This document shows, piece by piece, positions 17,501 to 30,651 of a stretch of 64,000 nucleotides of DNA. Source of the stretch: the human T2T-CHM13v2.0 reference genome, Homo sapiens. The first letter of the stretch is position 1, and each line of letters begins with the position of its first letter. Made by a program: the position numbers and the translations under genes. The notes below the pieces were generated by a model. That model made no database searches. It saw only the letters and a program-made list of their open reading frames with translations, and was not told where the DNA came from. The stretch lies in NCBI RefSeq assembly GCF_009914755.1, contig NC_060927.1. One strand, written 5' to 3'.

Positions 17501-18418
17501 CAGTGAGTTGAAAGCACACATCACAAAGAAGTTTCTGAGAATTCTTCTGTCAAGTTTTAGATGAAAAAATCCCTTTTCCAAAGAAGGCCTCTAAAAAGTC
17601 CAAATATTCACTTGCAGATTCTACAAAAATAGTGCTTCAAAGTTGCTCTATCAAAAGAAATGTTAAACTCTGTGAGTAGAATGCACACATCACAAAGTAG
17701 TTTCTGAGAATCTTTCTGTCTTGTTTTTCTATGAAGATAGTGCCTTTTCTACCATAGGCCTCAAACGGCCCTAAATATTCACTTGTTAATTCTACAAAAA
17801 GAGAGTTTCAAAACTGCTGTATCGAAAGGACGGTTCAACTTTGTGAGTTGAAAGCACACATCACAAAGAATTTTCTGAGAATTCTTCTGTCATATTTTAT
17901 ATGAAGAAATCCTGTTTCCAACAATGACCTCATAAAAGTCCGGATATTCACTTGTAGTTTCTACAAAAAAAGTGGTTCAAAACTGCTCTATCAAAAGAAA
18001 GATTAAACTCTGTGAGTAGAACGCAAACATCACAAATTAGTTTCTGAGAATCATTCTGTCTAGTCATTCTATGAAGATATTTCCTTTTCTACCACAGGCC
18101 TAAAACGGTGCTAATTATGGACTTGGAAATTCCACAAAAAGAGTGTTTCAAAACTGCTCTATCAAAAGAAAGGTTAAACTCTGTAAGCTGAATGCACACA
18201 TCACAAAGGAGTTTCTGAGAATGATTTTGTGTAGTTTTTCTATGAAGATATTTCCTTTTGTACCATAGGCCCCAAACCGCCCATAATATCCACTTGGAAA
18301 TACTACAAAGAGTATTTCAAATCTGCTCTAACGAAAGGACGGTTCAACACTGTGAGTTGAATGCACACATCAGAAAGAAGTTTCTGAGAATTCTTCTGTC
18401 AAGTTTTATATGGAGAAA

Positions 18419-19114
18419 TCCCGTTTCCAACGAAGGGCTCTAAAAAGTCCAAATATTCATTGCAGATTCTACAAAATGAGTGTTTCAATATTCCTCTATG
18501 AAAAGCAAAGTTAAACACTCTCTGTTGAATACACACATCACAGAGTAGTTTCTGAGAATCATTCTGACTGGTTTTTCTATGAAGATATTTCCTTTTCTAC
18601 CATAGGCCTCAAACCGTGCTAAATATCCACTTGGAAATTCAACAAAATGAGTGTCTCAAAACTGCTCTATCAAGACTAATTTTCAACTCTGTGAGTTGAA
18701 TGCCAATATCACAAACTAGTTTCTGACAAAGCTTCCGTCTCGTTTTTATGTGAAGATATTTCAGTTTCTACAGAAGCCTTCAAAGCGCTCTAAATATACA
18801 CTTGCAAATTCCACAAAGAGATTGTTTCAAAACTGCTCTATCAAAAGAAAAGTTAAATTCTGTAAGCTGAATGTACACATCACAAAGTAGTTTCTAAGAA
18901 TGATTCTGTCTAGTTTTCCTATGAGATATTTCCTTTTGTACGACAGGCCTCAAACTGCTCTAAATATCCACTTGGAAATTCTACAAAAGGAGTATATCAA
19001 AACTGCTCTACCGAAAGGAAGGTTCAACTCTGTGAGATGAATGCACACATCACAAAGTAGTGTATGGAATTCTTCTGTCAAGTTTTATATGAAGAACTCC
19101 CGTTTCCAACGAAG
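18419..19114 (-). promoter_or_regulatory. Two canonical CENP-B boxes (18419-18435, 19098-19114)
   Basis: Exact tcccgtttccaacgaag at both positions. Confidence 0.93.
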
Positions 19115-19192
19115 GCCTCAAGAAATCCAAATATTCACTTGCCGATTCTACAAAAAGAGTGTTTCAAAACTGCTCAATCAAAAGAAAGGTTT

Positions 19193-19968
19193 AACTCTGT
19201 GAGTTGAACGCACACATCACAAAGTAGTTTCTGAGAAGCATTATGTCTAATTTTTCTACGAAGATATGGCCTTTTCGACAATAGGCCTTAAACGGCGCTA
19301 AATATCCACTTGGAAATTCTGAAAAATGAGAGTCTCAAAACTGTTCTATCGAAAGGAATTTTCAACTCTGTGAGTTGAAAACCCACTTCACAAAGAAGAT
19401 TCTGAGAATTCTTCTGTCTAGTTTTATATAAAGAAATCATGATTCAAAGGAAGGCCACAAAGAGGTCCAAATATCCACTTGCAGATTCCACAAAAAGAGA
19501 GTTTCAAAACTCTTCTATCAAAAGGAATTTTCACCTCTGTGAGTTGAATGCAAATATCACAAAGTAGTTTCTGACAATGCTTCGGTCTAGTTTTTATGTG
19601 AAGATATTTTCTTTTCTACCGGAGGCCTCAAAGTTCTTTAAATATAGACTTGTAAATTCCACAGAAAGAGTGTTTCAAAACTGCTCTATCAAAAGAAAGT
19701 TAAACTCTGTTAGCTGAATGCACACATCACAAAGCAGTTTCTGAGAATGATTCTCTCTAGTTTTTCTAAGAAGACATTCGCTTTTTTACCACAGGCCTCA
19801 AATCGCTCTAAATATCCACTTGGAAATTCTTCAGAAAGAGTATTTCAAAACTGGTCAATCGAAAGGAAGGCACAAATCTGTAAGTTGAATGCACACATCA
19901 CAAATAAGTTTCTGAGAATTTTTCTGTCAAGTTTTATATGAAGGAAAACCTTTTCCAAAGAAGGCCTC
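19193..19968 (+). repeat. Near-identical ~776-bp direct repeat, copy 1 (partner 26317-27092)
   Basis: Private variants such as tttttctacgaagatatggccttttcgacaatagg and aaacccacttcac are shared at offset 7124, with about 5 mismatches by eye. Confidence 0.95.
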
Positions 19969-22900
19969 AAAAAAGTCCAAATATTCTCCTGCAGATTCTC
20001 TCAAAAGTGTGTTTCAAAACTGCACTATCAAAAGAAAGTTTAAACTCTGTGAGTTGAACGCACACATCACAAAGTAGTTTCTGAGAATCATTGTGTCTAG
20101 TTTTTCTATGAAGATATTACTTTGTCTACCGTAGGCCTCTGACGGCGCTAAATATCCACTTGGAAATTCTACAAAGAGGGACTTTCAAAACTGTATTACC
20201 AAAAGGAAGGTTTAAATCTGTGAGTTGAAAGCACACATCACAAAGAAGTTTTTGAGAATTATTCTGTGTTGTATTATATGAAGAAATCACATTTCAAAAA
20301 AGGCCACTTGAGGTCCAAATATCCACCTGCAGATTCTACAAAAGCAGTGTTTCAAAACAACTCTATCAAGGGTAATGTTCAACTCAGTGAGTTGATTACA
20401 AATATCACAAAGTAGTTTCGGACAGTGCTTCTCTCTAGTTTTTATGTAAAGATAATTCCTTTTCTACCGTAGGTCCCAAAGCCCTCTAAATATACACTGA
20501 CAAATTCCACAAAAAGAGTGTTTTAAAACTGCCCTGTCAAATGAATGTTAAACTCTGTAAGCTGAATGCACACATCACAAAGTAGTTTCGGAGAATGATT
20601 CTGTCTAGTTTTTCTATGAAGATATTTCCTTTTCTACCACAGGCCTCAAACCTTTCTAAATATAAAATTGGAAATTCTACAAAAAGAGTGCTTCAAAACT
20701 GCTCTATCGAAAGGAATGTTCAACTCTGTGAGTTGAATGCACACATCACAAAGAAGTTTCTGAGAATTCTTCTGTCAAGTTTTATGTGAAGAAATCCCGT
20801 TTCCAATGAAGGCCCCAAAAATGTCCAAATATTTACTTGCAGATTCTATAAAAAGAGTGTTTCAAAACTGCTCTATCAAAAGAAAGTTAAACTCTGTGAG
20901 TTGAAAGCACACATCACAAAGTAGTTTCTGAGAATCATTCTGTCTTGTTTTTCTATGAAGATATTGCTTTTTCTACCATAGGTCTAAAACGGCGCTTCAA
21001 TATCCACTTGGAAATTCTACAAAAAGAGAGTTTGAAAACTGCTCTATCAAAAGGAAGTTTCGACTCTATGAGTTGAAAGCACACACCACAAAGAAGTTTC
21101 TGAGATTTCTTCTGTCTAGTACTATATGAAGAAATCACGTTTCGAACGAAGACCACAAAGAGGTCAAAATATCCACTCACAGATTCACAAAAAAGAGTGT
21201 TTCAAAACTGCTCTATCAAGAGCAATGTTCAGCTACGTGAATTGAATGCAAATATCACGTAGTAGTTTCTGACAAAGATTCTTTCTAGTTTTTATGTTAA
21301 GATAATTCCTTTTCTACCGAATGCCACAAAGCGCTCTAAATAAATACTTGCAAATTCCACAAAAACTGTGTTTCAAAACTGCTCTAACAAATGAATGTTA
21401 AACTCTGTAAGCTGAATGCACACATCACAAAGTAGTTTCTGAGAATGTTTCTGTCTAGTTTTCCTATGAGATATTTCCTTTTGTACGACAGGCCTCAAAC
21501 CACTCTAAATATCCACTTGGAAATACTACAAAAAGAGTATTTCAAAACTGCTCTATCGAAAGGAAGTTTCAACTCTGTGAGTTGAAAGCACACATCACAA
21601 AGTAGTTCCTGACAATGCTTCTGTCTAGTTTTATATGAAGAAATCACGTTTCAAATGAAGGCCAAAAAGAGGTCCAAATATACACATGCAGATTCTACAA
21701 AAACAGTGTTTCCTAACTGCTCTATCAAGAGGAATGTTCAACTCTGTGAGTTGAAATCAGATATCACAAAGTAGTTTCTCACAATGCTTCTGTCTAGTTT
21801 TTATGTGAAGATAATTCTTTTTCTACCGTTGGCCTCAAAGCGCTCTAAATATACACTTGCAAATTCCACAAAAAGAGTGTTTCCAAACTGCTCCATCAAA
21901 AGAAATGTTAAACCCTGTAAGCGGAATGCTCACATCACAAAACAGTTTCTTACAATGATTCTGTCTAGTCTTTCTATGAAGATACTTCCTTATCTAGCAG
22001 TCCTCCAAACGCAAAAAATATCCAGTTGGAAATTCTGCAAAAAGAGTATTTCAAAACTGCTCTATCAAAAGGAAGGTTCAACACTGTGAGTTGAATGCCC
22101 ACATCACAAAGAAGTTTCTGAGAATTGTTCTGTCACGTTTTACATGAAGTAATCCCGTTTCCAAAGAAGGCCCCCCAAAAGTCCAATTATTCACTTGCAG
22201 ATTCCACAAAAAGAGTGTTTCAAAACTACTCTATGAAAAGAAAGGTTAAACTCTGTGAGTTAAACGCACACATCACAACGTAGTTTCTGATAATCATTCT
22301 GTCTAGTTTTTCTTTGAAGATATGGCCTTTTCTACCATAGGCCTCAAATAGCGCAAAATATCCACTAGGAAATTCTACCAAACGAGAGTTTCAAAACTGC
22401 TCTATCAAAGAAGGTTAAAGTCAGAGAGTTGAACTCACACATCACAAAGTAGATTCTGAGAATCATTCTGTCCAGTTTTTCTATGAAGATATTGCCTTTT
22501 CTGCTATAGGCCTCAAACGGTGCTAAATGTCCACTTGGAAATTATACAAAAAGAGCGTTTCAAAACTGCTCTATTGAAAGGAAGGTTCAACTCTGTGAGT
22601 TGAAAGCACACATCACAAAGAAGTTTCTGAGAATTCTTCTGTCTTGTTTTGTATTAAGAAATCACGTTTCAAACAAAGACCACAAAGAGGTCGAAATATC
22701 CACTCGCAGATCCTTCAAAAAGAGTGTTTCATAGCTGCTCTATCAAGAACAATGTTCAACTCTGTGAGTTGAATGCAAATATCACAAAGTAGTTTCTGGC
22801 AATGCTTTTGTCTAGTTTTTATGTGAAGATAATTCCTTTTCTAGGTTTGGCCTCAAAGCTCTCTAAACATACACTTGCAAATTCCACAAAAAGAGTGTTT

Positions 22901-25900
22901 CAAAACTGCTGTATCAAAAGATAGTTTAAACTCTGTGAGTTGAAAGCACACATCACAAAGAAGCTTCTGAGAATCATTCAGTCTTGTTTTTCTATGAAGA
23001 TATTGCATTTTCAACCATAGGCCTCAAAAGGGGCTAAATATCCACTTGGAATTTCTACAAAAAAAGAGTTTCAAAACTGCTGTATCGAAAGGAAAGTTCA
23101 ACTCTGTGAGTTGAAGCACACATCAAAAAAGTTTCTGAGAATTCTTCTGTATATATTTATATGAAGAAATCACGTTTCAAACGAAGGACGCAAAGAGGTC
23201 CAAATATCCGCTGACAGATTCTACAAACAGAGTGTTTCAAAACTGCTCTATGAAGAGGAATGTTCAACTCTGTGGGATGAATGCCAATATCACAAACTAG
23301 TTACTTACAATGCTTCTGTCTAGTTTTTCTTTGAAGATATTTCCTTTCCTACCGTAGGCCTCATAGCGCTCTAAATATACACTTGCAAATTCCACAAAAA
23401 GGGTGTTTCAAAATTGCTCTAACAATAGAAAGCTTAAACACTGTATGCTGAATGAACACGTCACAAAGTAGTTTCTGACAATGATTCTGTCTAGTTTTTC
23501 TATGAAGATATTTCTTTTTCTATAACAGGCCTACAACGACTCTAAATATCCACTTGGAAATAATACCAAAAGAGTGTTTAAAAACTGGTCTATCTAAAGG
23601 AAGATTCAACTCTATGAGTTGAATGCACACATCACAAAGAAGTTTCTGAGAATTCTTCTGTCAAGTTTTATATGAAGAAAACCCGTTTCCAATGAAGGCC
23701 CCCAAAAAGGCCAAATCTTCACTTGCAGATTCTACAAAAAAGAGTGTTTCAAAACTGCTCTATCAAAAGAAAGGTTAACCTCTGTGAATTAAACGCATAC
23801 ATCACAAACTAGTTTCTGAGAAATATTCTGTCTAGTTTTTCAATGAAGATATTGTCTTTTCTATCATAGGCCTCAAAGGGCGCTAAATATCCACTTGGAA
23901 ATTCTACAAAATGAGAGTTTCAAAACAGCTCTATCTAAACGAAGGTTCAACTCTGTGAGTTGAAAGCACACATCACAAAGAAGTTCCTGAGAATTCTTCT
24001 GTCTAGTTTTATATGAGGAAATCACGTTTCAAACGAAGGCCACAAAGAGTTCCAAATATTCACTGGCAGATTCTACAAAAAGAGTATTTCAAACCTGCTC
24101 TATCAATAGGAATGTTCAACTCTGTGAGTTGAATGCAAATATCACAAATTAGTTTCTGACAATGCTTCTGACTAGTTTTTATTTGAAGATAATTCCTTTC
24201 CTACCGTAGGCCTCATAGCGCTGTAAATATACACCTGCAAATTCCACAAAAAGAGTGTTTCAAAACTGCTTTATCAATTGAAATATTAAACTCCGTAAGC
24301 TGAATGCTCACATAACAAAGTAGTTTCTGAGAATGATTGTGTCTAGTTTTTCTATGAAGATATTTCCTTTTATACCAAAGGCCTCAAACCGCTCTAAATA
24401 TCCACTTGGAAATTCTAAAAAAAGAGTATTTCAAAACTGCTCTATCGAAAGGATGGTTTAACTCTTTGAGTTGAATGCACACATCAAAACGAAGTTTCTG
24501 ATAATTCTTCTGTCAAGTTTTATTTGAAGAAATCCCGTTTCCTACGAAGGCCCCCAAAAAGGACAAATATTCACCTGCCGGTTATACAAAAAGTGTTTTT
24601 CAAAACGGCTCTAAGAAAAGAAAGGTTAAACACTGTAACCTGAATGCACACATCACAAAGCAGTTTCTGAGAATGATTCTACTTTTTCTATGAAATATTT
24701 CCTTTTCTACCACGGGCCCCAAACCGATCTAAATATCCACTTGGAAATACTACAAAAAGAGTATTTCAAAACTGCTCTATCTAAAGGAAGGTTCAACTCT
24801 GTGTGTTCAATGCACACATCACAAAGAAATTTCCGAGAATTCTTCTGTCAAATTTTATATGAAGAAATCCCGTTTGCAAGTAAGGCCTCAAAAAAGTCCA
24901 AATATTCACTTTCAGATTCTACAAAAAGAGTGTTTCAAAACTGCTCTATCAAAAGAAAGGTTAAACTCTGTGAGTGGAACTCACACATCACAAAGTAGTT
25001 TCTGAGAATCATTCTGTCTTGGTTTTCTATGAAGATATTTCCTTTTCTACCAGAGGCCTCAAACGATGCTTAATATTACCTTGGAAATTCTACAAAAAGA
25101 GAATTTCAAAACTGCTCTATCGAAACAAAGGTTCAACTCTGTGAGTGGAATGCACACATCACAAAGAAGTTTCTGAGAATTCTTCTGTCTTGTTTTATAT
25201 GAAGAAATCACGTTTCAAAGGAAGGCCACAAAGAGGTCCAAATATACACTTGCAGATTCTACAAGTAGAGTGTTTCAAAACTGCTCCATCAAGAGCAGTT
25301 CAACTCTGTGAGTTGAATGCAAATATCAAAAAGTAGTTTCTTACAATGCCTCTGTCTAGTTTTTCTGTGAAGATATTTCATTTTCTACCATAGGCCTCAA
25401 AGCGCTCTAAATATACACTTGCAAATTCCACCAAAAGAGGGTTTCAAATCTGCTTTATCAAAAGAAATGTTAAACTCACTCTGTAAGCTGAATGCACACA
25501 TCACAAAGTAGCTTCTGAGAATTCCTCGGTCTTGTTTTATATGAAGAAATCACATTTCAAAGGAAGACCACAAGGAGTTCCAAATTGCAGATTCTGAAAA
25601 AAGAGTATTTCAAAACTGCTCTTTCAAGGAGAATTTTCAACTCTGTGAGTTGAATGCAAATATCACAAAGTAGTTTTTGAAAATGCTTCTGTCTAATTTT
25701 TTGTGAAGATATTTCGTTTTCTACCGTAGGCCCCAAAAGATCTATATAGTCTTGCAAATTACTCAAAAAGAGCCTTTCAAAACTGCTCTATCAAAAGAAA
25801 GGTTAAACGCTGTAAGCTGAATGCACACATGACAAAGCAGTTTCTGAGAATGTTTCTCTCTAGTTTTCCTATGAAGATATTTCCTTTTCTACCAAAGGCA

Positions 25901-26316
25901 TCAAACCGTTCTAAATATCCACTTGGAAATTCCACAAAAACTGTATTTCAAAACTGCTCTATCGAAAGGAAGATTCATCTCTGGGAGTTGAATGCACACA
26001 TCAGAAAGAAGTGTCTGAGAATTCTTCTTTCAAGTTTTATATGAATAAACCCCCTTTCCAACGAAGGCCTCAAAAAATTCCAAATGTTCTCTTGCAGATT
26101 CTACAAAAAGAGTGTTTCAGAACTGCTGTATGAAAAGAAAGGTTAAACTGTGTGAGGTGAACGCACACATCACAAAGTAGATTCTGAAAATCATTCTGTC
26201 TAGTTTTTCTATTGAGATATTTCCTTTTCTTCCATAGGCCTGATAAGGCTCTAAACATCGACGTGGAAATTCTAAAAAAAGAGAGTTTCAAAACTCCTCT
26301 ATCGAAATGAAGTTTC

Positions 26317-27092
26317 AACTCTGTGAGTTGAACGCACACATCACAAAGTAGTTTCTGAGAATCATTATGTCTAATTTTTCTACGAAGATATGGCCTTTTC
26401 GACAATAGGCCTTAAACGGCGCTAAATATCCACTTGGAAATTCTGAAAAATGAGAGTCTCAAAACTGTTCTATCGAAAGGAATTTTCAACTCTGTGAGTT
26501 GAAAACCCACTTCACAAAGAAGATTCTGAGAATTCTTCTGTCTAGTTTTATATAAAGAAATCATGATTCAAAGGAAGGCCACAAAGAGGTCCAAATATCC
26601 ACTTGCAGATTCCACAAAAAGAGAGTTTCAAAACTCTTCTATCAAAAGGAATTTTCACCTCTGTGAGTTGAATGCAAATATCACAAAGTAGTTTCTGACA
26701 ATGCTTCGGTCTAGTTTTTATGTGAAGATATTTTCTTTTCTACCGGAGGCCTCAAAGTTCTTTAAATATAGACTTGTAAATTCCACAGAAAGAGTGTTTC
26801 AAAACTGCTTTATCAAAAGAAAGTTAAACTCTATTAGCTGAATGCACACATCACAAAGCAGTTTCTGAGAATGATTCTCTCTAGTTTTTCTAAGAAGACA
26901 TTCGCTTTTTTACCACAGGCCTCAAATCGCTCTAAATATCCACTTGGAAATTCTTCAAAAAGAGTATTTCAAAACTGGTCAATCGAAAGGAAGGCACAAA
27001 TCTGTAAGTTGAATGCACACATCACAAATAAGTTTCTGAGAATTTTTCTGTCAAGTTTTATATGAAGGAAAACCATTTCCAAAGAAGGCCTC
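26317..27092 (+). repeat. Near-identical ~776-bp direct repeat, copy 2 (partner 19193-19968)
   Basis: ORFs 19747-19941 and 26871-27065 give peptides differing at one residue, and the DNA aligns without gaps. Confidence 0.95.
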
Positions 27093-27749
27093 TAAAAGTC
27101 CGAATATTCACTTGCAGATTCTACAAAGAGAGTGTTTCTAAACTGCTCTATCAAAAGAAAGGTTAAACTCTCTGAGTTGAACGCACACATCACAAACTAT
27201 TTTCTGAGAATCATTCTGTCTAGTTTTTTATGAAGAAATCACGTTTCAAACGAAGGCCACGAAGAGATCAAAATATCCACATGCAGATTCTACAAAAAGA
27301 GTGTTTCAAAACTGATCTATCAAGAGGAATGTTCCACTCTGTGAGGTGAATGCAAATATCACAAAGGATTTTCTGACAATGCTTCGGTCTAGTTTTTATG
27401 TGAAGATATTTCCTTTTCTACCGTAGGCCACAAATCGCTCTAAATATACACATGAAAATTCCACAAAAAGTGTGTTTCAGAACTGCTCTATCAAAAGATA
27501 GGTTGAACTATGAATGCTGAAAGCACACATCACAAAGAAGCTTCTGAGAATGATTCTGTCTAGGTTTTCTATGAAGATATTTCCTTTTCTACCAGAGGCC
27601 ACAGAACGCTCTAAATATCCACTTGAAAATTCCACAAAAAGAGTATTTCAAAACTGCTCTATCGAAAGGAAGGTTCAAATCTGTGAGTTCAATGCACACA
27701 TCAAACAGAAGTTCCTGAGAATTCTTCTATCACGTTTTATATAAAGAAA

Positions 27750-30651
27750 TCCCGTTTCCAACGAAGGCCACCAAAAAGTCCAAATATTCACTACCGGATT
27801 CTACAAAAAGAGTGTTTCAAAACTGTTCTATCAAAAGAAAGATTAAACCCTGTAAGCTGAATGCACACATCACAAAGTAGTTTCTGTGAATGATTCTGTC
27901 TAGTTTTTCTAGGTAGATACTTCCTTTTCTACCACAGACCTCAAACCGCTGTAAATATCCACTTGGAAATACTAAAAAAAGTGTATGTCAAAACTGCTCT
28001 ATCAACAGGAAGGTTCAATTCTGTGAGTTGAATGCACACATCACAAAGTAGTCTGAGAATTCTTCTGTCACTTTTCAAACGAAGAAATCCCGTTTCCAAC
28101 GAAGGCCCCGAAAAAATCCAAATATTCGCTTGCAGATACTACAAAAATAGTGTTTCAAAACTGCTCTATCAAAAGAAAGATTAAAGTCTGTCAGTTGAAC
28201 GCACACAGCACAATGTAGTTTCTGAGAATCGTTCTGTCTAATTTTTCTATGAAGATATTTCCTTTTCTACCATAGGCCTCAAGCGGCGCTAAATGTCCAC
28301 TTGGAAATTTCACAGAAAGAGAGTTTCAAAACTGCTCTATCGAAAGGAAAGTTCAACTCTGTGAGTTGAAAGCACACATCACAAAGAAGTTTCTGAGAAT
28401 TCTTCTGTCTAGTTTTATATGAAGAAATCACGTTTCAATCGAAGGCCACACAAATGTTCAAATATAAACTTGAAGATTCTACAAAAGAGTTTTTCAAAAC
28501 TGCCCTATTAAGGGGAATCTTCAACTCTGTGATTTGAATGCAAATGTCACAAAGTTGTTTCCGACAACACTTCTGTATTGTTTTATGTGAAGACACTTCC
28601 TTTTCTACGGTATGCAGCAAAGCGCTCTAAATATACACTTGCAAATTCCACAATAAGAGTGTTTCAAAACTGCTCTTAGAAAGGAAATGTTAAACTCTGT
28701 AAGCTGAATGCACACAGCACAAAGTAGTTTCTGAGAATGAGTCTGTCTAGTTTTTCTATGAAGATATTGTCTTTACTAAAATATGCCTCAACCGGGGCTA
28801 AATATCCACTTGGAAATTCTACAAAAATAGATTTTCAAAATTGCTCCATCGAGAGGAAGGTTCAACACTGTGAGCTGAAAGGTCACATCACAAAGAAGTT
28901 TCTGAGAATTCTTCTGTCTAGTTTTATATGAAGAAATCACGTTTCAAATGAAGGCCACAAAGAGGTCCAAATATCCGCTTGCAGATTCTACAAAAAGAGT
29001 GTTTCGAAACTGCTCTATCAAGATAAATGTTGAACTCTGTGAGTTGAATGCATATATCTAAAAGTAGTTTCTGACAATGCTTCTGTCTAGTTTTTATGTG
29101 AAGATATTTCCTTTGCTACCATAGGCTTCAAAGTGTTCAAAATATATACTTGCAAATTCCTCAAGAAGAGGGTTTCAAAACTGCTCTATCAAAAGAAAGG
29201 TTAAACTCTGTAAGCTGAATGCACACATCACAAAGTAGTTTCTGAAAATGATTTTGTCTAGTTTTTCTATGAAGATATTTCCTTTTCTACCACAGGCCTC
29301 AAACCGCTTTAAATATCCACTTGGAAATTCTACCAAAAGAGTATTTCAAAACTGCTCTATGGAAAGGAAAGTTCAAATCTGTGAGTTGAATGCACACATC
29401 ACAAAGAAGTTTCTGAGAATTCTTCTATCACGTTTTATAAGAAGAAATCCCGTTTACAACGAAGGCCCCCAAAAAGTCCAAATATTCTCTTGCAGATACT
29501 ACAAAATAGTGTTTCAAAACTGCTCTATCAAAAGAAAGTTAAACTCTGTGAGTTGAACGCGCACACGACAAAGTTGTTTCTGTGAATCATTCTTTCTAGA
29601 TTTTCTATGAAGATATTGCCTTTTCTAGCTTAGGCCTCAAACGGCGCTAAATATTCACTTCGAAATTCTACAAAAAGAGAGTTTCAAAACTGCTGTATCC
29701 AAAGGAAGTTTCATTCCTGTGAGTTGAAAGCACACATCACAAAGAAGTTTCTGAGAATTCTTCTGTCTAGTTTTATATGAAGAAATCACGTTTCAAACGA
29801 AGGCCACAAAGAGGTACAAATATCCACATGCAGATTCTGCAAAAAGAGAGTTTCAAATTTGCTCTATCAAGAGGAATGTTCACCTCTTTGGGTTGAATTC
29901 AAATATCACAAAGTAGTTTCTGGCAATGCTTCTGTCTTGTTTTTATGTGAACATATTTTCTTTTCTAAAGTAGGCCTCAAATCAGTCTCAATATACACTT
30001 GGAAAATCCAGAAAAAGAGTGTTTCAAAACTGCTCTATCAAAGAAAGTTTAATATACGTAAGCTGAATGCACACATCACAAAGTAGTTTCTGAGAATGAT
30101 TCTGTATATTTTTTCTATGAAGACATTTCCTGTTCTACCATAGGCCTCAAACCACTCTAAATATCCGCTTGGAAATACTACAAAAAGAGTATTTCAAAAC
30201 TGCTCTATCGAAAGGAAAGTTCAACTCAGTGAGTTTAATGCACACGTCACCACGAAGTTTCTGGTAATACTTCTGTCAAGTTTTATATGAAGAAATCCCT
30301 TTTCCAAAGAAGGCCTCAAAAAGTCCAAATATTCACTTGCGGATTCTGCAAAAAGAGAGTTTCAAAACTGCTCTATCTGAAGCAAAGTTAAAGTTTTTGA
30401 GTTGAATGCACACAACACAAAGGAGTTTCTGAGAATCATTCTGTCTAATTTTTCTATGAAGTTATTTCATTTTCAAACAAAGGCCTCAAACCACGCTAAA
30501 TATCCACTTGGAAATTCTACAAAAAGAGAGTTTAAATACAGCTGTTTCGAAAGGAAGGTTCAACTCTGTAAGTTGAATGCACACATCACAAAGAAGTTTC
30601 TGAGAATTCTTCTCTCACGTTTCGTATGAAGAAATCCCGTTTCAAACGAAG
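27750..30651 (-). promoter_or_regulatory. CENP-B boxes with intact core at 27750, 28088, 29448 and 30635
   Basis: Two exact boxes plus variants tcccgtttacaacgaag and tcccgtttcaaacgaag, all satisfying NTTCGNNNNANNCGGGN on the minus strand. Confidence 0.88.
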
